From: Hydrolagus colliei | Lineage: Eukaryota | Direction of reading: 5' to 3' | Length of the DNA stretch: 64,000 nt | Assembly: GCA_035084275.1 (NCBI GenBank) | Contig: CM068747.1 | Coordinates: 23,374,001-23,438,000, forward strand | Part shown: positions 41,901 to 56,900 of the stretch, piece by piece | How positions within the stretch are numbered: position 1 is the stretch's first letter | How the letters are laid out: every line of letters starts with the position of its first letter | Position numbers and translations under genes: made by a program | The notes under the pieces: generated by a model | Told to the model about the DNA's origin: nothing | What the model saw: only the letters and a program-made list of their open reading frames with translations | Databases searched by the model: none

Positions 41901-44900
41901 TCCAAGGATACATCGTAGAGATGTGTGACACCAGCACCAATGAATGGATAATGTGCACGGCAGCAAGCGGCATTAAGCAGACTCAATTTCAAGTGGATAA
42001 ATTGGTGGAAAAACATGAATACAAATTCCGTGTTTGTGCTGTTAATAAAGCTGGAGTTGGTGAACCCACTGATATTGCCGACCCTGTCCTTCTAGAAGAT
42101 AAATTAGAAGCTCCGGACGTTGATCTCGGTGCTGACTTGAGAAAGATCATTAATGTAAGAGCCAGTTGTTCTTTAAGATTATTTGTTCCTATCAGAGGAT
42201 GTCCTGCTCCAGAAGTGAAATGGACTAAGTCGGAAGGTGAAATCAGAGACACCGCACAAATTGACGTGTCCGACAGTTACACAATGCTTGTAATTGACAA
42301 CGTTAACAGATATGACACCGGGAAATACATGTTAAGCTTGGAAAACAGCAGTGGATCAAAATCTGCCTTTGTTAGTGTGAGAGTGCTCGACACACCAAGT
42401 CCACCAGTTAATTTGAAGGTTAAGGCGATAACAAAGGAAAACGTAACCTTATCATGGGAACCGCCTTCGTTGGACGGTGGGGCAAAGATTAAGAATTATA
42501 TCGTGGAAAAACGTGAATCCACAAGGAAAGCCTACTCTGCCGTTGTCACCAACTGCCACAAGACTTCCTATACAATAGAACAACTCCAGGAAGGTTGCAG
42601 TTACTATTTCAAAGTCTGTGCTGAGAATGAGCACGGGATTGGGTTAACCGCAGAAACCATTGATCCTGTTAAAATATCTGAAGTGCCACAGCCTCCAGGA
42701 AAAATAACAGTGGTTGATGTCACAAGAAATTCTGTGTCTTTGAGCTGGGAGAAACCTGAACATGATGGTGGAAGCAGAATTATCCAGTATGTGGTAGAAA
42801 TGCAAAGTAAAGGCAGTGAAAAGTGGGCAGCGTGTGCATATGTAAAAACCCTTGAAACAGTCATTTCGAGTCTGGTACAGGGAGAAGATTACTTGTTCAG
42901 AGTTATGGCAGTCAATGAGAAGGGCAAAAGTGACCCAAGAACCCTAGCAGTGCCTGTGGTTGCCAAAGATCTAGTGATTGAACCAGATGTCAAGCCTGCT
43001 TTTAACAGCTATAAGGTACAAGTTGGACATGACTTGAAAGTTGAAATACCTATCACTGGACGACCTAAACCAATGATTATTTGGACAAAGGATGGTCAGT
43101 CACTCAAGCAAACAACCAGAGTCAATGTTACTGACACCGATCATCATACAGTACTAACCATCAAGGATTCAGTTAAAGAAGACAACGGAATGTATGCCAT
43201 TTCTGTGAGCAACATTGTTGGCCAAAAGACGGCATCTTTCGAAGTCATAACCCTAGACAAGCCTGGTCCACCCAGTGGCCCTGTTAAATTTGATGCCGTT
43301 AGCGCTGAAAGCATCACAATTACTTGGGAACCACCAGCCTTTACCGGAGGCTGCCAAATAACTAATTATGTTGTTGAGAAGAGAGATACAACCACAACAA
43401 GCTGGGAGCTTGTTTCAGCAACAGTGGCAAGAACAACTCTCAAGATAACCAAACTAAAAACAGGAAAAGAATATCAATTTAGAGTATATGCCGAGAATAG
43501 GTATGGTAGAAGTTTTGCTTTAGATTCTCAGGCGATTATTGCCCAATATCCATACAAAGAGCCCGGCCCACCAGGTACACCATTTGTTCCAAATGCTACT
43601 AAAGAGACCATGATTGTGGAATGGCATGAACCAATCAATGATGGGGGTAGCAGAGTAGTAGGCTATCATCTTGAACGCAAGGAAAGAAATAGTATTCTTT
43701 GGTCCAAAGTCAATAAAAGCATCATACAAGATACAAGGTTTAAGATCACTGGACTCGAAGAAGGAATTGAATATGAATTCAGAGTATATGCTGAAAACAT
43801 TGTTGGAATTGGTAAATCAAGCAAGCTCTCCGAGTGCTATGTTGCCCGTGATCCATGCGATCCACCAGGTTGCCCAGAACCTCTTATTGTTACCAGAAGT
43901 GCAATTACACTTCAGTGGACAAAGCCAGAATACGACGGTGGCAGCTTAATTACTGGATACATTGTTGAGAAGCGTGACCTACCTGAGGGTCGCTGGATGA
44001 AGGCCAGTTTCACAAATATCATTGAAACCCAATTCATTGTTACTGGTCTCACTGAAGATAACAGGTATGATTTCAGAGTCATTGCTAAAAATGCTGCAGG
44101 TACAGTTAGTAAACCATCTGACAGCACTGGGCCAATAACTGCAAAGGATGAGGTTGACCCACCTAGAATATCTATGGACCCCAAATACAGAGACACAATT
44201 GTGGTTAATGCAGGTGATGTAGTTAAGCTGGATGCTGATGTTTATGGCAAGCCATTACCTGTTATTCAGTGGTTCAAGGGTGACAAAGAAGTGGAAGAAT
44301 CAGCAAGACATGAGATCAAAAACAGTGACTTCAAAGCTCTGATTATTGTAAAGGATGCAATCAGAGTGGATGGCGGACAGTACATTCTTCAAGTCTCTAA
44401 CGTGGCAGGGACTAAATCTGTTCCCATAAACGTAAAGGTCTTGGACAGACCTGGACCTCCAGAGGGACCAATGCAAGTTACCGGCGTCACAGCTGAAAAG
44501 TGCTCTCTCGCTTGGAGTCCACCACAGTACGATGGTGGAAGTAACATTTCACACTATATCATTGAGAAAAGAGAAACCAGTCGTTTGGCCTGGACTGTTG
44601 TGACTTCAGAACTTCAAACTACTATGCATAAAGTTACCAAGCTTTTGGAGGGCAATGAATATATCTTCCGTGTCATGGCAGTCAACAAGTATGGGATCGG
44701 TGAGTTTTTGGAGTCTGCACCCGTTATGATGAAGAACCCATTTGTACCTCCTAGTCCACCCAAATCATTGGAGGTAACCAACATTGCCAAAGACTCCATG
44801 ACTGTATGCTGGACCAGACCAGACAGCGATGGTGGTAGTGAAATCATAGGTTACATCGTGGAGAAGAGGGACAGGGCTGGAATCAGATGGACAAAGTGTA

Positions 44901-47900
44901 ACCGGCGTAGAATTACAGACTTGCGCTTCCGAGTGACAGGACTTATGGAAGACCATGAATATGAATTCAGATTGTCTGCTGAAAACACCGCAGGAATTGG
45001 CCAACCAGCTCAGGCCTCAGTTTTCTACAAAGCTTCTGATCCAGTGTTCAAACCTGGGCCACCAGCTAATCCACACATTGTAGACACCACAAAGAATTCT
45101 GTTGTGCTTGTCTGGGGCAAACCAATTTACGACGGTGGGAGTGAAATTCAGGGATACTTAGTAGAAATCCGCAAAGCGGACGAGGAAGACTGGACCATGT
45201 GCACTCCACAGACCGGTTTACAAGTAACCCGCTTTGAAATCGTAAAACTCATCGAAGGACAGGAATATAATGCTCGCGTATGTGCCATCAACAAGCCAGG
45301 AGTAGGTGAACCAGCAACAGTACCTGGCACAATTAAACCAGAAGATAAACTTGAGGCACCTGAAATTGAACTTCATGGAGAATTAAGGAAAGGAATTACA
45401 GTCAGAGCGGGTAATACTGCTAGGATCTTTATAGCGTTCAAAGGCAGACCTGCTCCTGAGATTAGTTGGTCAAAGGACGAAAGTGAAATAAATGAAAAGG
45501 GACAAGTAGAAAAGGGACATAATTACACGCAAGTGACGATAGATAACTGTGATCGAAATGATGCTGGAAAATATATTTTGACTCTAGAAAACAGTGGTGG
45601 CATCAAATCTGCATTTGTTTCAGTCAAGGTGTTGGACACACCAGGAGCTCCACAAAACCTAACTGTGAAAGACATAAAGAGAAACTCAGCCACACTCTCA
45701 TGGGATCCACCCATTATTGATGGAGGTGCAAAGGTTAAAAACTATGTTATCGATAAGCGAGAATCAACCAGGAAAGCTTATGCTAACGTGACCACTAAAT
45801 GTAGCAAGTGCAGCTTCAAAGTTGAGAATCTTACTGAAGGAGCGACCTATTACTTCAGAGTCATGGCGGAAAATGAGTTTGGAGTTGGTATACCCGTTGA
45901 GACTCTGGAGGCGGTGAAGGCTTCCGAGGTACCTTTAGCACCAGGTAAAGTTACTCTCACTGATGTCACTAAGCAGAGTGTCTCCCTATCTTGGGAGAAG
46001 CCAGAACATGATGGTGGCAGCAGAATTTTGGGATACTTGGTCGAAATGCAACCAAAAGGATCTGACAAATGGGGTGTTGTGACCCAGTCTAAAACATGCG
46101 AAGCAGTTGTTGCTGGTCTCAGTTCAGGGAATGAATATCTCTTCCGAATATTAGCTTTTAATGAGAAAGGAAAGAGTGACCCGAGACTCCTCGCAGTGCC
46201 AGTGATAGCTAAAGATCAAAATATTGAGCCTAGTTTCAAACTCGTATTCAACACTTATAGTGTCAAAGCTGGAGAAGACCTGAAGATTGAAGTTCCAGTG
46301 ATGGGACGTCCAAAACCTAAGATTATTTGGACAAAGGATGGACAGACACTGAAACAAACGACAAGGGTAAATGTGGAGGAAACTGCAACCTCAACAATAC
46401 TTATGATCAAAGACAGTCATAAGGATGACTTTGGAAAGTATTCAGTTAGTGCTACAAACAGTGCTGGGTCAGCCACAGAAGACATTAGCATTATAGTGCT
46501 TGATAAACCAGGTCCTCCAAGCGGGCCAATGCGATTTGATGAAGTTAGTGCTCAGTTTGTTATACTTTCATGGGATGCCCCTGAATGCCCCGGAGGTTGC
46601 CAAATTAACAACTACGTTGTGGAGAAGCGGGACACAACGACAACTGCTTGGCAGTTGGTCTCTGCAACTGTAGCTAGAACAACCATTAAAGTGATGAAAC
46701 TGACCACAGGAAATGAATACCAGTTCAGAATCTTTGCCGAAAACAGGTATGGCAGGAGCTCGTCTTTAGATTCGGCAGCAGTTGTTGCACAATATCCCTA
46801 CAAGCTGCCTGGCCCTCCAGCTACACCACTTGTTTCAACTGCGACAAAGGACGTCATGCATATCCAGTGGAATGAACCGGTAAATGATGGTGGAAGTAGT
46901 ATTTTGGGTTACCACCTTGAACGTAAAGAAAGGAACAGTATTCTTTGGGTAAAATTGAACAAGACGATCATCCAAGACACTCATTTCAAGTGTAGCAATC
47001 TGGAAGAAGGTATTGAATATGAGTTCAGAGTCTTTGCAGAGAATATCGTTGGCATCAGTAAATCTAGCAAGGTTTCCGAATGTTACGTAGCCCGCGATCC
47101 TTGTGATCCTCCTGGCCGACCTGAAGCTGTTATCATCACAAGAAATAACATTGTTCTCCATTGGACAAAGCCTCCGTACGATGGTGGTAGCAAGATCACC
47201 GGATATTTTGTTGAAAAGAAAGAGCTTCCTGAAGGTCGCTGGATGAAGGCCAGTTTCACTAACATAATCGAAACTGAATTTAACGTGACTGGATTAACTG
47301 AAGATGCAAGATATGAATTTAGAATACTTGCAAGAAATGCAGCTGGTATTTTCAGTGAACCCTCTGAAAGCACTGGACCAATTACAGCAAGAGATGAGAT
47401 TGAAGCCCCAAGAGCTTCCTTAGACCCCAAGTACAAGGATGTTATTGTTGCGAATGCAGGTGACAGCTTTGTACTGGAAGCTGATATCTATGGTAAACCC
47501 TTACCTGAAGTAACATGGATGAAAGATGGCAAATATCTGGAAGAAAATATTGCCAGAATGGAGATTAAATCAACCCTTCACAAAACTGCTCTCACAGTCA
47601 AAGATTGTATAAGAATTGACGGAGGGCACTACACACTTCAACTCAGCAATGTAGGCGGTACAAAATCTATTCCCATAACTGTTAAGATCCTCGATAGGCC
47701 TGGTCCTCCAGATGATATTCTGAAGGTCTATGGTGTTACGGCAGAAAAATGCTACTTGGCCTGGAACCCACCTTCCCAAGAAGGCGGTGCAAGTATTTCT
47801 CACTACATCATTGAAAAGAGAGAAACCAGCAGACTATCCTGGACGCAAGTGGAGACTAACGTGCAAGCCATCAGTCACAAAGTAACCAAACTGCTTCCAG

Positions 47901-50900
47901 GCAACGAGTACATATTCCGTGTAATGGCTGTGAATAAGTATGGCATTGGTGAGCCACTGGAATCCGAAGCGGTTGTGGCCAAAAATCCATTCCACGTACC
48001 GGGTCCACCAACAACACCTGAAGTTACATCTATCTCTAAGGACTCAATGGTTATAACCTGGGGTCGTCCTACTGACAACGGTGGAGCTGAGCTTGAAGGT
48101 TATATACTGGAAAAACGGGACAAGGATGGAATCAGGTGGACCAAGTGCAATAAAAAGAGATTGACTGATTTGCGTTTCAGAGCGACTGGTCTGGTAGATG
48201 GACATTTCTATGAATTCCGCGTATCTGCAGAAAACGCTGCTGGTGTAGGTGACCCGAGTGAACCAAGTGTGTTCTACAAAGCTTGTGATGCCATTTATCC
48301 TCCTGGTCCACCAAGCAACCCAAAGGTGACGGACACGACAAGGTCAACAGTATCGCTTGCTTGGGGCAAACCTATCTATGATGGCGGGGCTCAAATTAGA
48401 GGGTATTCTGTAGAGATGAAAGAAGCTAGTGCTGAAGACTGGACCACTTGCACGCCTCCAACAGGGGTGCTGTCTACCCACTTTAAGGTGGAGAAATTGA
48501 AAGAGAACACTGAATACAACTTCCGTGTGTGTGCCATTAACTCTGAAGGAGTTGGTGAACCGGCAAATGTTGCTGAGGCAATTGTTGCAGTTGAGAAATT
48601 GGAACCACCAGAAATTGAGCTGGATGCTGACCTCCGGAAGGTCGTGTCTGTACGTGCCGGTGGTACTTTGAGGCTATTTGTTCCCATTAAAGGAAGACCA
48701 GAACCCGAAGCAAAATGGGAGAAAGCTGAAGGAAATCTCAGTGAACGAACCCAGATTGAAGTTTCAAGCTCTTATACCATGTTGGTTCTTGATAATGTCA
48801 ACAGGTTTCACAGCGGTAAATATCACTTAACATTGGAAAATAACAGTGGTACTAAATCTGCTTTTGTTAACGTCAGAGTGCTTGATTCACCAAGTGCGCC
48901 TGTGAACCTCCATATAAGAGAGATAAAGAAAGATTCTGTGACATTGGCATGGGAAGCCCCTCTTATTGATGGTGGAGCAAAGATTACCAATTACATTGTG
49001 GAGAAACGTGAATCCACCAGAAAGGCTTTTGCTTCAGTTACCAACAACTGTACTAAGACGACATTCAGAATTGAATCACTTCAAGAAGGAGGTATTTATT
49101 GTTTCCGTGTCTTGGCAGTCAACGAGTATGGAACAGGCCTACCAGCAGATACTGCCGAGCCCATTAAAGCATCTGAGGTGCCCTTGCCTCCTGGCAAAGT
49201 AACATTGGTAGATGTGACACGAACGACTGCAACTCTCACCTGGGAGAAACCTGACCACGATGGTGGTAGCAAAATATCTAGCTATATCATCGAAATGCAA
49301 ACTAAAGGAAGTGAAAAATGGACATTGTGCACTCAAGAAAAAGTATTGGAGACAACTGTTAAAGGACTAACAGCGGGCGAGGAATATACTTTCAGAGTTA
49401 TTGCTGTGAATGAGAAAGGAAAGAGTGATCCAAGACAGTTGGGAGTACCAGTCATTGCAAAAGATATTGAAATTGCACCATCCATTGAACTCACGTTCAA
49501 TAGTTTCAGTGTGAAGGCTGGTGATGACCTCAAGATTGAGGTACCTTTCAGAGGAAGACCGTTGCCCACTGTGGCATGGAATAAAGACGGACAGGCTTTG
49601 AAACAAACCACACGAGTGAATGTTCAGACATCAAAGACAACTACAATTATAACCATTAAGGAAGCATCAAAGGAAAATGTTGGAAAATATGAGCTAATTG
49701 TCTCCAATAGCACAGGGTCAACAACCTCCCTAATCAATGTTGTTGTTCTTGACAAACCAGGGCCATCTGGCCCAATTCAAGTGGATGAGGTCAGTGCTGA
49801 TAATATCACTATATCTTGGGACCCACCACAGTACGACGGCGGTTGCCAAATTAACAATTACATTGTTGAAAAGAGAGACACAACAACAACAACTTGGGAA
49901 ACTGTATCTGCTACTGTTGCCAGAACATCTATGAAAATTACACGCCTTACATCGGGGAGCGAATACCAGTTCCGTGTTTTTGCAGAAAACCGTTATGGCA
50001 AGAGCCACAGTACGGATTCTCACAGTATTGTTGCCCAGTACCCGTTTAAACCACCCGGTCCTCCTTCAACTCCCATCGTCGCACATGCTACTAAAAATTA
50101 CATGATTGTGAAGTGGAACGAGCCAGTCATTGACGGAGGCTCCAGGATTCTTGGGTACCATGTTGAACGCAAAGAAAGAAGCAGTATCTTGTGGACGAAG
50201 GTGAACAGAAGTCTTGTGACCGACACAAAGATTAAAGTCTCTGCTCTTGACGAAGGGTTGTTGTATGAATACCGTGTGTATGCCCAGAACATCGCGGGTA
50301 TTGGCAAATGCAGTAAGGTTTGCGAGCCAGTTGCGGCAAGAGACCCATGCGATCCTCCAGGTCAACCAGAGGTAACAAATATTACCAGGACCTCAGTTTC
50401 ATTGTCTTGGACTAAACCGGAATATGACGGTGGTGCTAAAATCACTGGTTATATTGTAGAAAACAGAGAGTTGCCAGATGGCCGCTGGTTGAAATGCAAC
50501 TTTACTAACATCCCAGAAAGGTATTTTGATGTTACAGGCCTGACTGAAGATCAACGTTACGAGTTTCATGTTATTGCAAAGAATTCCGTAGGTTTATTCA
50601 GTGAAGCATCTGAATCAACAGGTCCCATTACTGTGAAAGATGATGTGGAAGCTCCCAGAATTATGATGGATGCTAAATTTAAGGAAATTGTTGTTAAGGC
50701 TGGAGATATGGTGAAGATCAATGCAGATATTGCAGGGCGACCTCTTCCAGTGGTATCGTGGACAAAGGATGGTAAAGAGCTTGAAGGACAAGCAAGGACT
50801 GAAATCCAGTCGACTGACAAGACCACTACAATTGTGGTGAAGGACTGCATTAGGCGAGACTCAGGACAGTATGTGTTAACACTGCAAAACGTTGCTGGAA

Positions 50901-53900
50901 CAAGATCCCTAGCGATGAACCTCAAGGTACTAGATCGACCAGGCCCATCTGCTGGACCTTTAGAAGTCTCTGGTCTTACATCTGAAAAGTGTTCACTGTC
51001 CTGGGCACCTCCTCAAGAGAATGGAGGAGCAAATATTGATCATTACATTGTGGAAAGGCGTGAAACAAGTCGCCTTGCATGGACCATGGTGACAGATGAG
51101 TTGAAAACAACCTCCTGTAGAGTAACTAAACTGCTCCGAGGCAATGAATATATTTTCAGAGTGATGGGAGTTAACAAGTACGGAGTCGGTGAAGTTTTAG
51201 AAAGTGAACCGAAGAAAGCGCTTGATCCATACACAATTCCTAGTGCACCAAAATCATTGGAAATTACCAACGTAACAAAGGATACCATGACTATCTGCTG
51301 GTCAAGACCCGACAGTGATGGCGGCAATGCAATTGCTGGCTACATCATTGAGAAACGTGAGAAGAATGGGTTCCGCTGGTTGCGGGTCAATAAGAAACCC
51401 GTGTACGATCTGAGAGTGAAGGCCTCAGGACTTCGTGAAAGCGCTGAATATGAATATCGCGTGTCTGCGGAAAATGCTGCGGGTGTGGGTCCTGCAAGCG
51501 AAGCATCAACGTTTGTGCGTGCAGAAGATCCAATCTTTATACCTGCTGCTCCATCCAAACCCAAAGTTGTTGACTTTACAAAAACAAGTATTTCTCTTGC
51601 TTGGACAAAGCCCCTATTTGATGGCGGTTCGCCTGTCACTGGATACACTGTACAGTATAAAACGTCTGAAGAAACCGAATGGTCTACAGCCATCCAGAAC
51701 CTGAGAGGCACAGAATTTACAGTAATTGGACTCACATCAGGAGCAGAATATGTTTTCCGTTTATCTTCCATCAATAAGGTTGGTGTCAGCGATCCAAGTG
51801 AGGTATCTGAGCCACACATTGCAAAGGAAAGGGAAGAAGAGCCTGCTTTCGATATCGACAATGAAATGCGCAAAACTTTGATTGTCAAAGCTGGAATCTC
51901 CTTTACATTAGCAGTGCCGTTCAAAGGTAAACCAATACCAAATGTCATGTGGAGCAAATCCAATGTAGATCTCCGTGTACGAGGAACTATTGATAGTAAA
52001 GATTTAATGACATCATTAACTATAGAAAAAGCAACAAGGAACGACTCTGGCAAATATGTAGTAACATTACAGAATGTGCTAGCTACGGCCACACTGACAC
52101 TAGTTGTTAAGGTTCTGGATTCCCCTGGACCTCCTGGAGCTATTATTCCAAGGGAAGTAACCAGAGATTCAGTCCTGCTGGCCTGGGATGTACCGGAAAA
52201 TGAAGGCAGTGCTCGTGTGAAGAATTATCACATTGAAAAACGTGAAGCTAGTAAGAAGGCTTGGGTCTGCGTGACCAACAATTGCCATCGCCTCACTTAC
52301 AAAGTTACCGATCTACAAGAGGGTGCCATTTACTACTTCCGCGTCAGGGGAGAAAATGAATTTGGTATCGGTGTTCCGATTGAGACCAAAGAAGGTGTTA
52401 AAGTGACAGGTATGTTATCAGTTTTCGTTTGTAGAATATTTCAGAGCTATAACAGTACACATTGGTGTACAACATGCTGGTCCACGATTGGGATGCCTTG
52501 GGACGTCCTCCCGAAAGGCGCTCTATAAATGTAATTTTGTTGTTGTTTGTGGGACTGCTGTGCGCAAACGTCTGCAGCATTTTGCCCACAAGCTTCACTG
52601 AAAGTCTAGCACAACAAAGTTAGACAATTTTTAGCACCTCTTATTTATTTCACTGTAGCATCTTATCAACTAAAACTAGTCAACATCGACAAGGAAATAA
52701 GAGAAATACGGCTCATCTTGTTGGAAAGCTGTAATACACAGGACATCAAAACATTGTGAAACCAGTGTTAAGGATACAAGGTATTCATGAGGTTTTAAAG
52801 AAATTGAGTGCTGGCAACGATGGTGATTTGACATGAGATGTTAAAGAAACTAAGTTGCACGTAAGATTAAGAAAATAAACATTCTCAGGACCTGATTGAT
52901 GGACTATATTATTTTAAATACCAGTGAGCAGGTTTCATTACATGTTCTCTCAGTCTGGTAATTTAGCCTGGGATAGAGAGACCAAAGAAAATAGATTTTA
53001 AAATGGTAGATAGTTTAAATACTTTTTATTATAAATACTGTATTTATTTTATTTTCAGAACTTGGAGTACATATCTACAATTTTAAATTCAGAGTATATT
53101 TTCTCTGATGAATACCTATAAATACTATGTATGTTATATCTTTCAGAAAAACCAAGTATACCTCTGCGACTTGGCATTACGAATGTCACCAAGGATAGTG
53201 TGTCTCTCGCTTGGTCGAAGCCAGAACACGATGGAGGCAGCAGGATAACCAGCTACTTTATTGAGGCTCTTGAAAAAGGCCAGCAAAAGTGGGTCAAATG
53301 TGCAGTTGTGAACACCACACACCATGTTATCGAAGGTTTGAGAGAGAATGGGGAATACTTCTTCAGAGTATCTGCTCAAAATCAAGCCGGCCTCAGTGAT
53401 CCTAAGGAAATGCTTCTACCAGTAACTGTGAAAGAACAACTTGGTGAGTTACATTGATATAATCAGTTATGATATTTTGTAGTTTTTTTTATTATACATG
53501 ACATTTTAAACAAAGCAGCTTTAAGACAACGTGCTGTTGAAATCCAATGTCATAAGTGGCTAAGGTGTGTCAGATACCTTCCTGATCAAAATTGGAATGT
53601 GGTAGAAAATAGCTCAGTTCTTACCTTTTAAAATATAATATTTATACTTTTCTATTTTCAGATTCACCTGAGATTAATCTGAAGTACTTTCCACACAACA
53701 CAGTATATGTCAGAGCTGGATCCAATCTTAAATTCGAAATCCCAATATCTGGTAAACCACAGCCCAAAGTGTCTTTGTCGAGAGACGGATTGATTATGAA
53801 GTCAACCATGAGATTTAACACGGAGATGAGCGCAGAGAGCATCATCGTGAATCTGAAGGAAAGTGTGGCAAATGACGCCGGCCGATATGACATTACTGCT

Positions 53901-56900
53901 TCCAACTCCAGTGGAACGACTAAATCATTTATCAATATTGTGGTCCTCGACAGACCCGGCCCCCCATTAGGCCCTGTTAATGTCAGTGACGTCACTGAAG
54001 ATAGCGTCACATTGAAATGGCAACCGCCAGCCTACGACGGTGGCAGTCAGGTAACCAATTACATTGTTCTCAAGCGAGAGACCAGTACGGCAGCCTGGTC
54101 AGAAGTGTCTGCAACTGCTGCCAGAAGTGTAATCAAAATCATGAAACTGACCACTGGAGAAGAATATCAATTCCGCATCAAAGCCGAAAACCGCTTTGGA
54201 ATCAGTGACCATATTGATTCTGCATCTGTCACGGTCAAACTGCCTTACAGTAAGTTGCTTGTTCCTTCACAAAGCACAAAAGAGCATGGGTGTTACTCAC
54301 TTGATTGATTGCATTGCTAATTATGTCTTAACCTATTTTTTCTAGCTACACCTGGACCTCCATCGACTCCATGGGTAACTCACGTCACCAGAGAGAGCAT
54401 ATCAGTGGGCTGGCACGAGCCGGTCTCCGATGGTGGCAACCAAGTGATTGGATATCATTTGGAAATGAAAGACAGAAACAGCATTCTCTGGCAGAAGGCT
54501 AACAAGACTATTATCCGTACGACACACATGAAGATCACTCATATCACTGGTGGACTTATCTACGAATTCCGGGTGTACGCACAAAACGCCGCAGGCATTG
54601 GCAAAGTTAGCCATCTTTCCGATCCAGTTCTTGCAATTGATGCTTGTGGTAGGTGTTCAAATAACCCTTCATGTTTTCTCACCTGATCAGCTCAGTGGTT
54701 ACAAAACATTAATGTTTTGAGATGTGAACATATAAATCAAATCTCAACGTACTTTTTGTTTTCAGAACCCCCAACAAATGTACGTGCAACAGATATTACG
54801 AAGCACGCCGTAAGCCTCAGCTGGAAAAAACCTGCTTATGACGGTGGTAGCAAGATCACCGGCTACATTGTTGAAAAGCGCGATCTGCCAAGTGGACGAT
54901 GGACAAAAGGCAGCTTTACTAACGTTATTGAGACTCTATTCACTGTCTCGGGTCTGACTGAAGATGCAAAATATGAATTCCGGGTATTTGCTAAGAACGC
55001 AAATGGTTCTGTAAGCAACCCATCTGACGTTCTTGGACCTGTAACATGCCATGACACCTATGGTAATTATTTTTCTATAATGGAATTCTAAAGAGTTATC
55101 TCTAGGTAGTTAATTCTGACAACCACGTAACTCCCGGTGATTTTGTTTTATAGGTGCTCCTCAGGTTGATCTGCCGATGGAATATTTGGATATTGTCAAA
55201 TACAAGGCTGATTCTGCTGTGAAGCTTAAAGTTGGTATCTCTGGCAAGCCTTTCCCATCTATTGAATGGTACAAGAATGAAAAAGAACTTGAGACTAGTG
55301 CTCAAGTCTCTATTGAAAACACAACTGAATCAGCAGCAGTATTAATTAAGGATGCCACTCGTATCAACAGTGGAAACTATGAAATTAAACTTAAAAATCC
55401 CATGGGATCAGCAACAGCAACAATTAGAGTGCTAATATTAGGTATGTATTCATAATTCGCCTTGGGTCAGCCTCCTGATGTGAAAGGCGCTATACAAATG
55501 TTACTGTATTGCATGTTCAGGGTTAAAGAAGAAATACGCACATTTTCTAACTGTTGATCATTGGTAAACAATTTGTTTTCCTCTCATAGACAAGCCTGGT
55601 CCTCCCGGAGGTCCAATAGAATTCAAGACTGTCACAGCCGAGAAAATCACTATCATGTGGAATCCTCCAGAGGATGATGGTGGAGCTCCTATCAGCCACT
55701 ATATCGTTGAAAAACGTGAGACAAGCCGTGTCGCTTGGTCACTCATATCAGACAAGTTGGAAACCTGTATGATTTCAATGCAGAAACTCATCAAAGGCAA
55801 CGAATATATATTCCGTGTCAGGGGTGTGAACAAATATGGTATTGGTGAACCACTGGAAACTGAAGCTGTTATTGCTAAGAATGCATTTGGTAAGACGATA
55901 AGATACTCGTGTCGTTATTGCATACATGTAGTTGCATCTCTGTAGTTGCTATCTCTGTAGTTGTTTATCCGCCAAAAGTAACGCTGAGATTCTCGTTTAA
56001 ATAGTTACACCTGGACAAGCCAGCATGCCTGAAACCTCAATGATAACTAAACAGACAATGACTGTCACCTGGAAGAGACCTACCATTGATGGAGGCAATG
56101 AAATAAGTGGTTATTTCTTGGAGAAACGAGAGAAAAAGAGTCTCCGCTGGTTCAAGGTGCTCAAGGAACCCATCCGTGACACCAGGCAAAAGGTAACCGG
56201 CCTCACAGAAGGAAACGAGTATCAATTCCGTGTGAGTGCCATTAATACAGCTGGAGTTGGCCCACCTTCTGACGTCTCCGATTTCTACAAAGCTGCCGAT
56301 CCAATTGGTATGTAAAGATAATCCAAAGTTTATTTCAAGTTTAAAGACAAGCCTGTATTTAAATGTAAGTGATGTTGCGTATTTTAAAAGGTAGCTAAAT
56401 GTGCATATGTTTGTACTCCTCAGATCCACCTGGTGAACCCACCAAACTGAAGATTGTCGACACGACTAAGTCGTCCATCACTCTGAACTGGACTAAACCA
56501 GTGTACGATGGAGGAAGTGCAATAACGAGCTATATCATTGAAAAGAAGGAAGCTGAAGAAGAGGAATGGATAGTGGTCAGCTCAAAGGGTGAAGTCAGAA
56601 CTTCAGAATATGTTGTGGCTCACTTGGAACCTAGTAAAAACTATTACTTCCGGGTCAGTGCCGTCAACATTGCTGGCCACGGAGAGCCAATTGAAATGAC
56701 AGAACCTGTACAAGCTAAGGACATACTTGGTAAGTCAACAGTTTATAAAAATGCTTTGATTTTACACAATAACAACAACAAAATTACATTTATAGAGCAC
56801 CTTTCACGTCGGGAGGACGTTCCAAGGTGCTGACATGGGATGGGACCCGAGCAAGGGCAGGAGAGAGTTGGGAGGGCAGCAGAAGGCAAGGTCGAAGAGA

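Noticed and set aside
35291-52528. 5745-aa ORF as a stand-alone giant gene
   Set aside because: Starts at a TTG in an intron and runs into an intronic L2 tail; it is an internal exon with canonical splice sites.
55925-55965. Short tandem repeat gtagttgc(t)atctct with extra AGs
   Set aside because: Simple slippage duplication; the 56005 acceptor gives the expected 303-bp exon.
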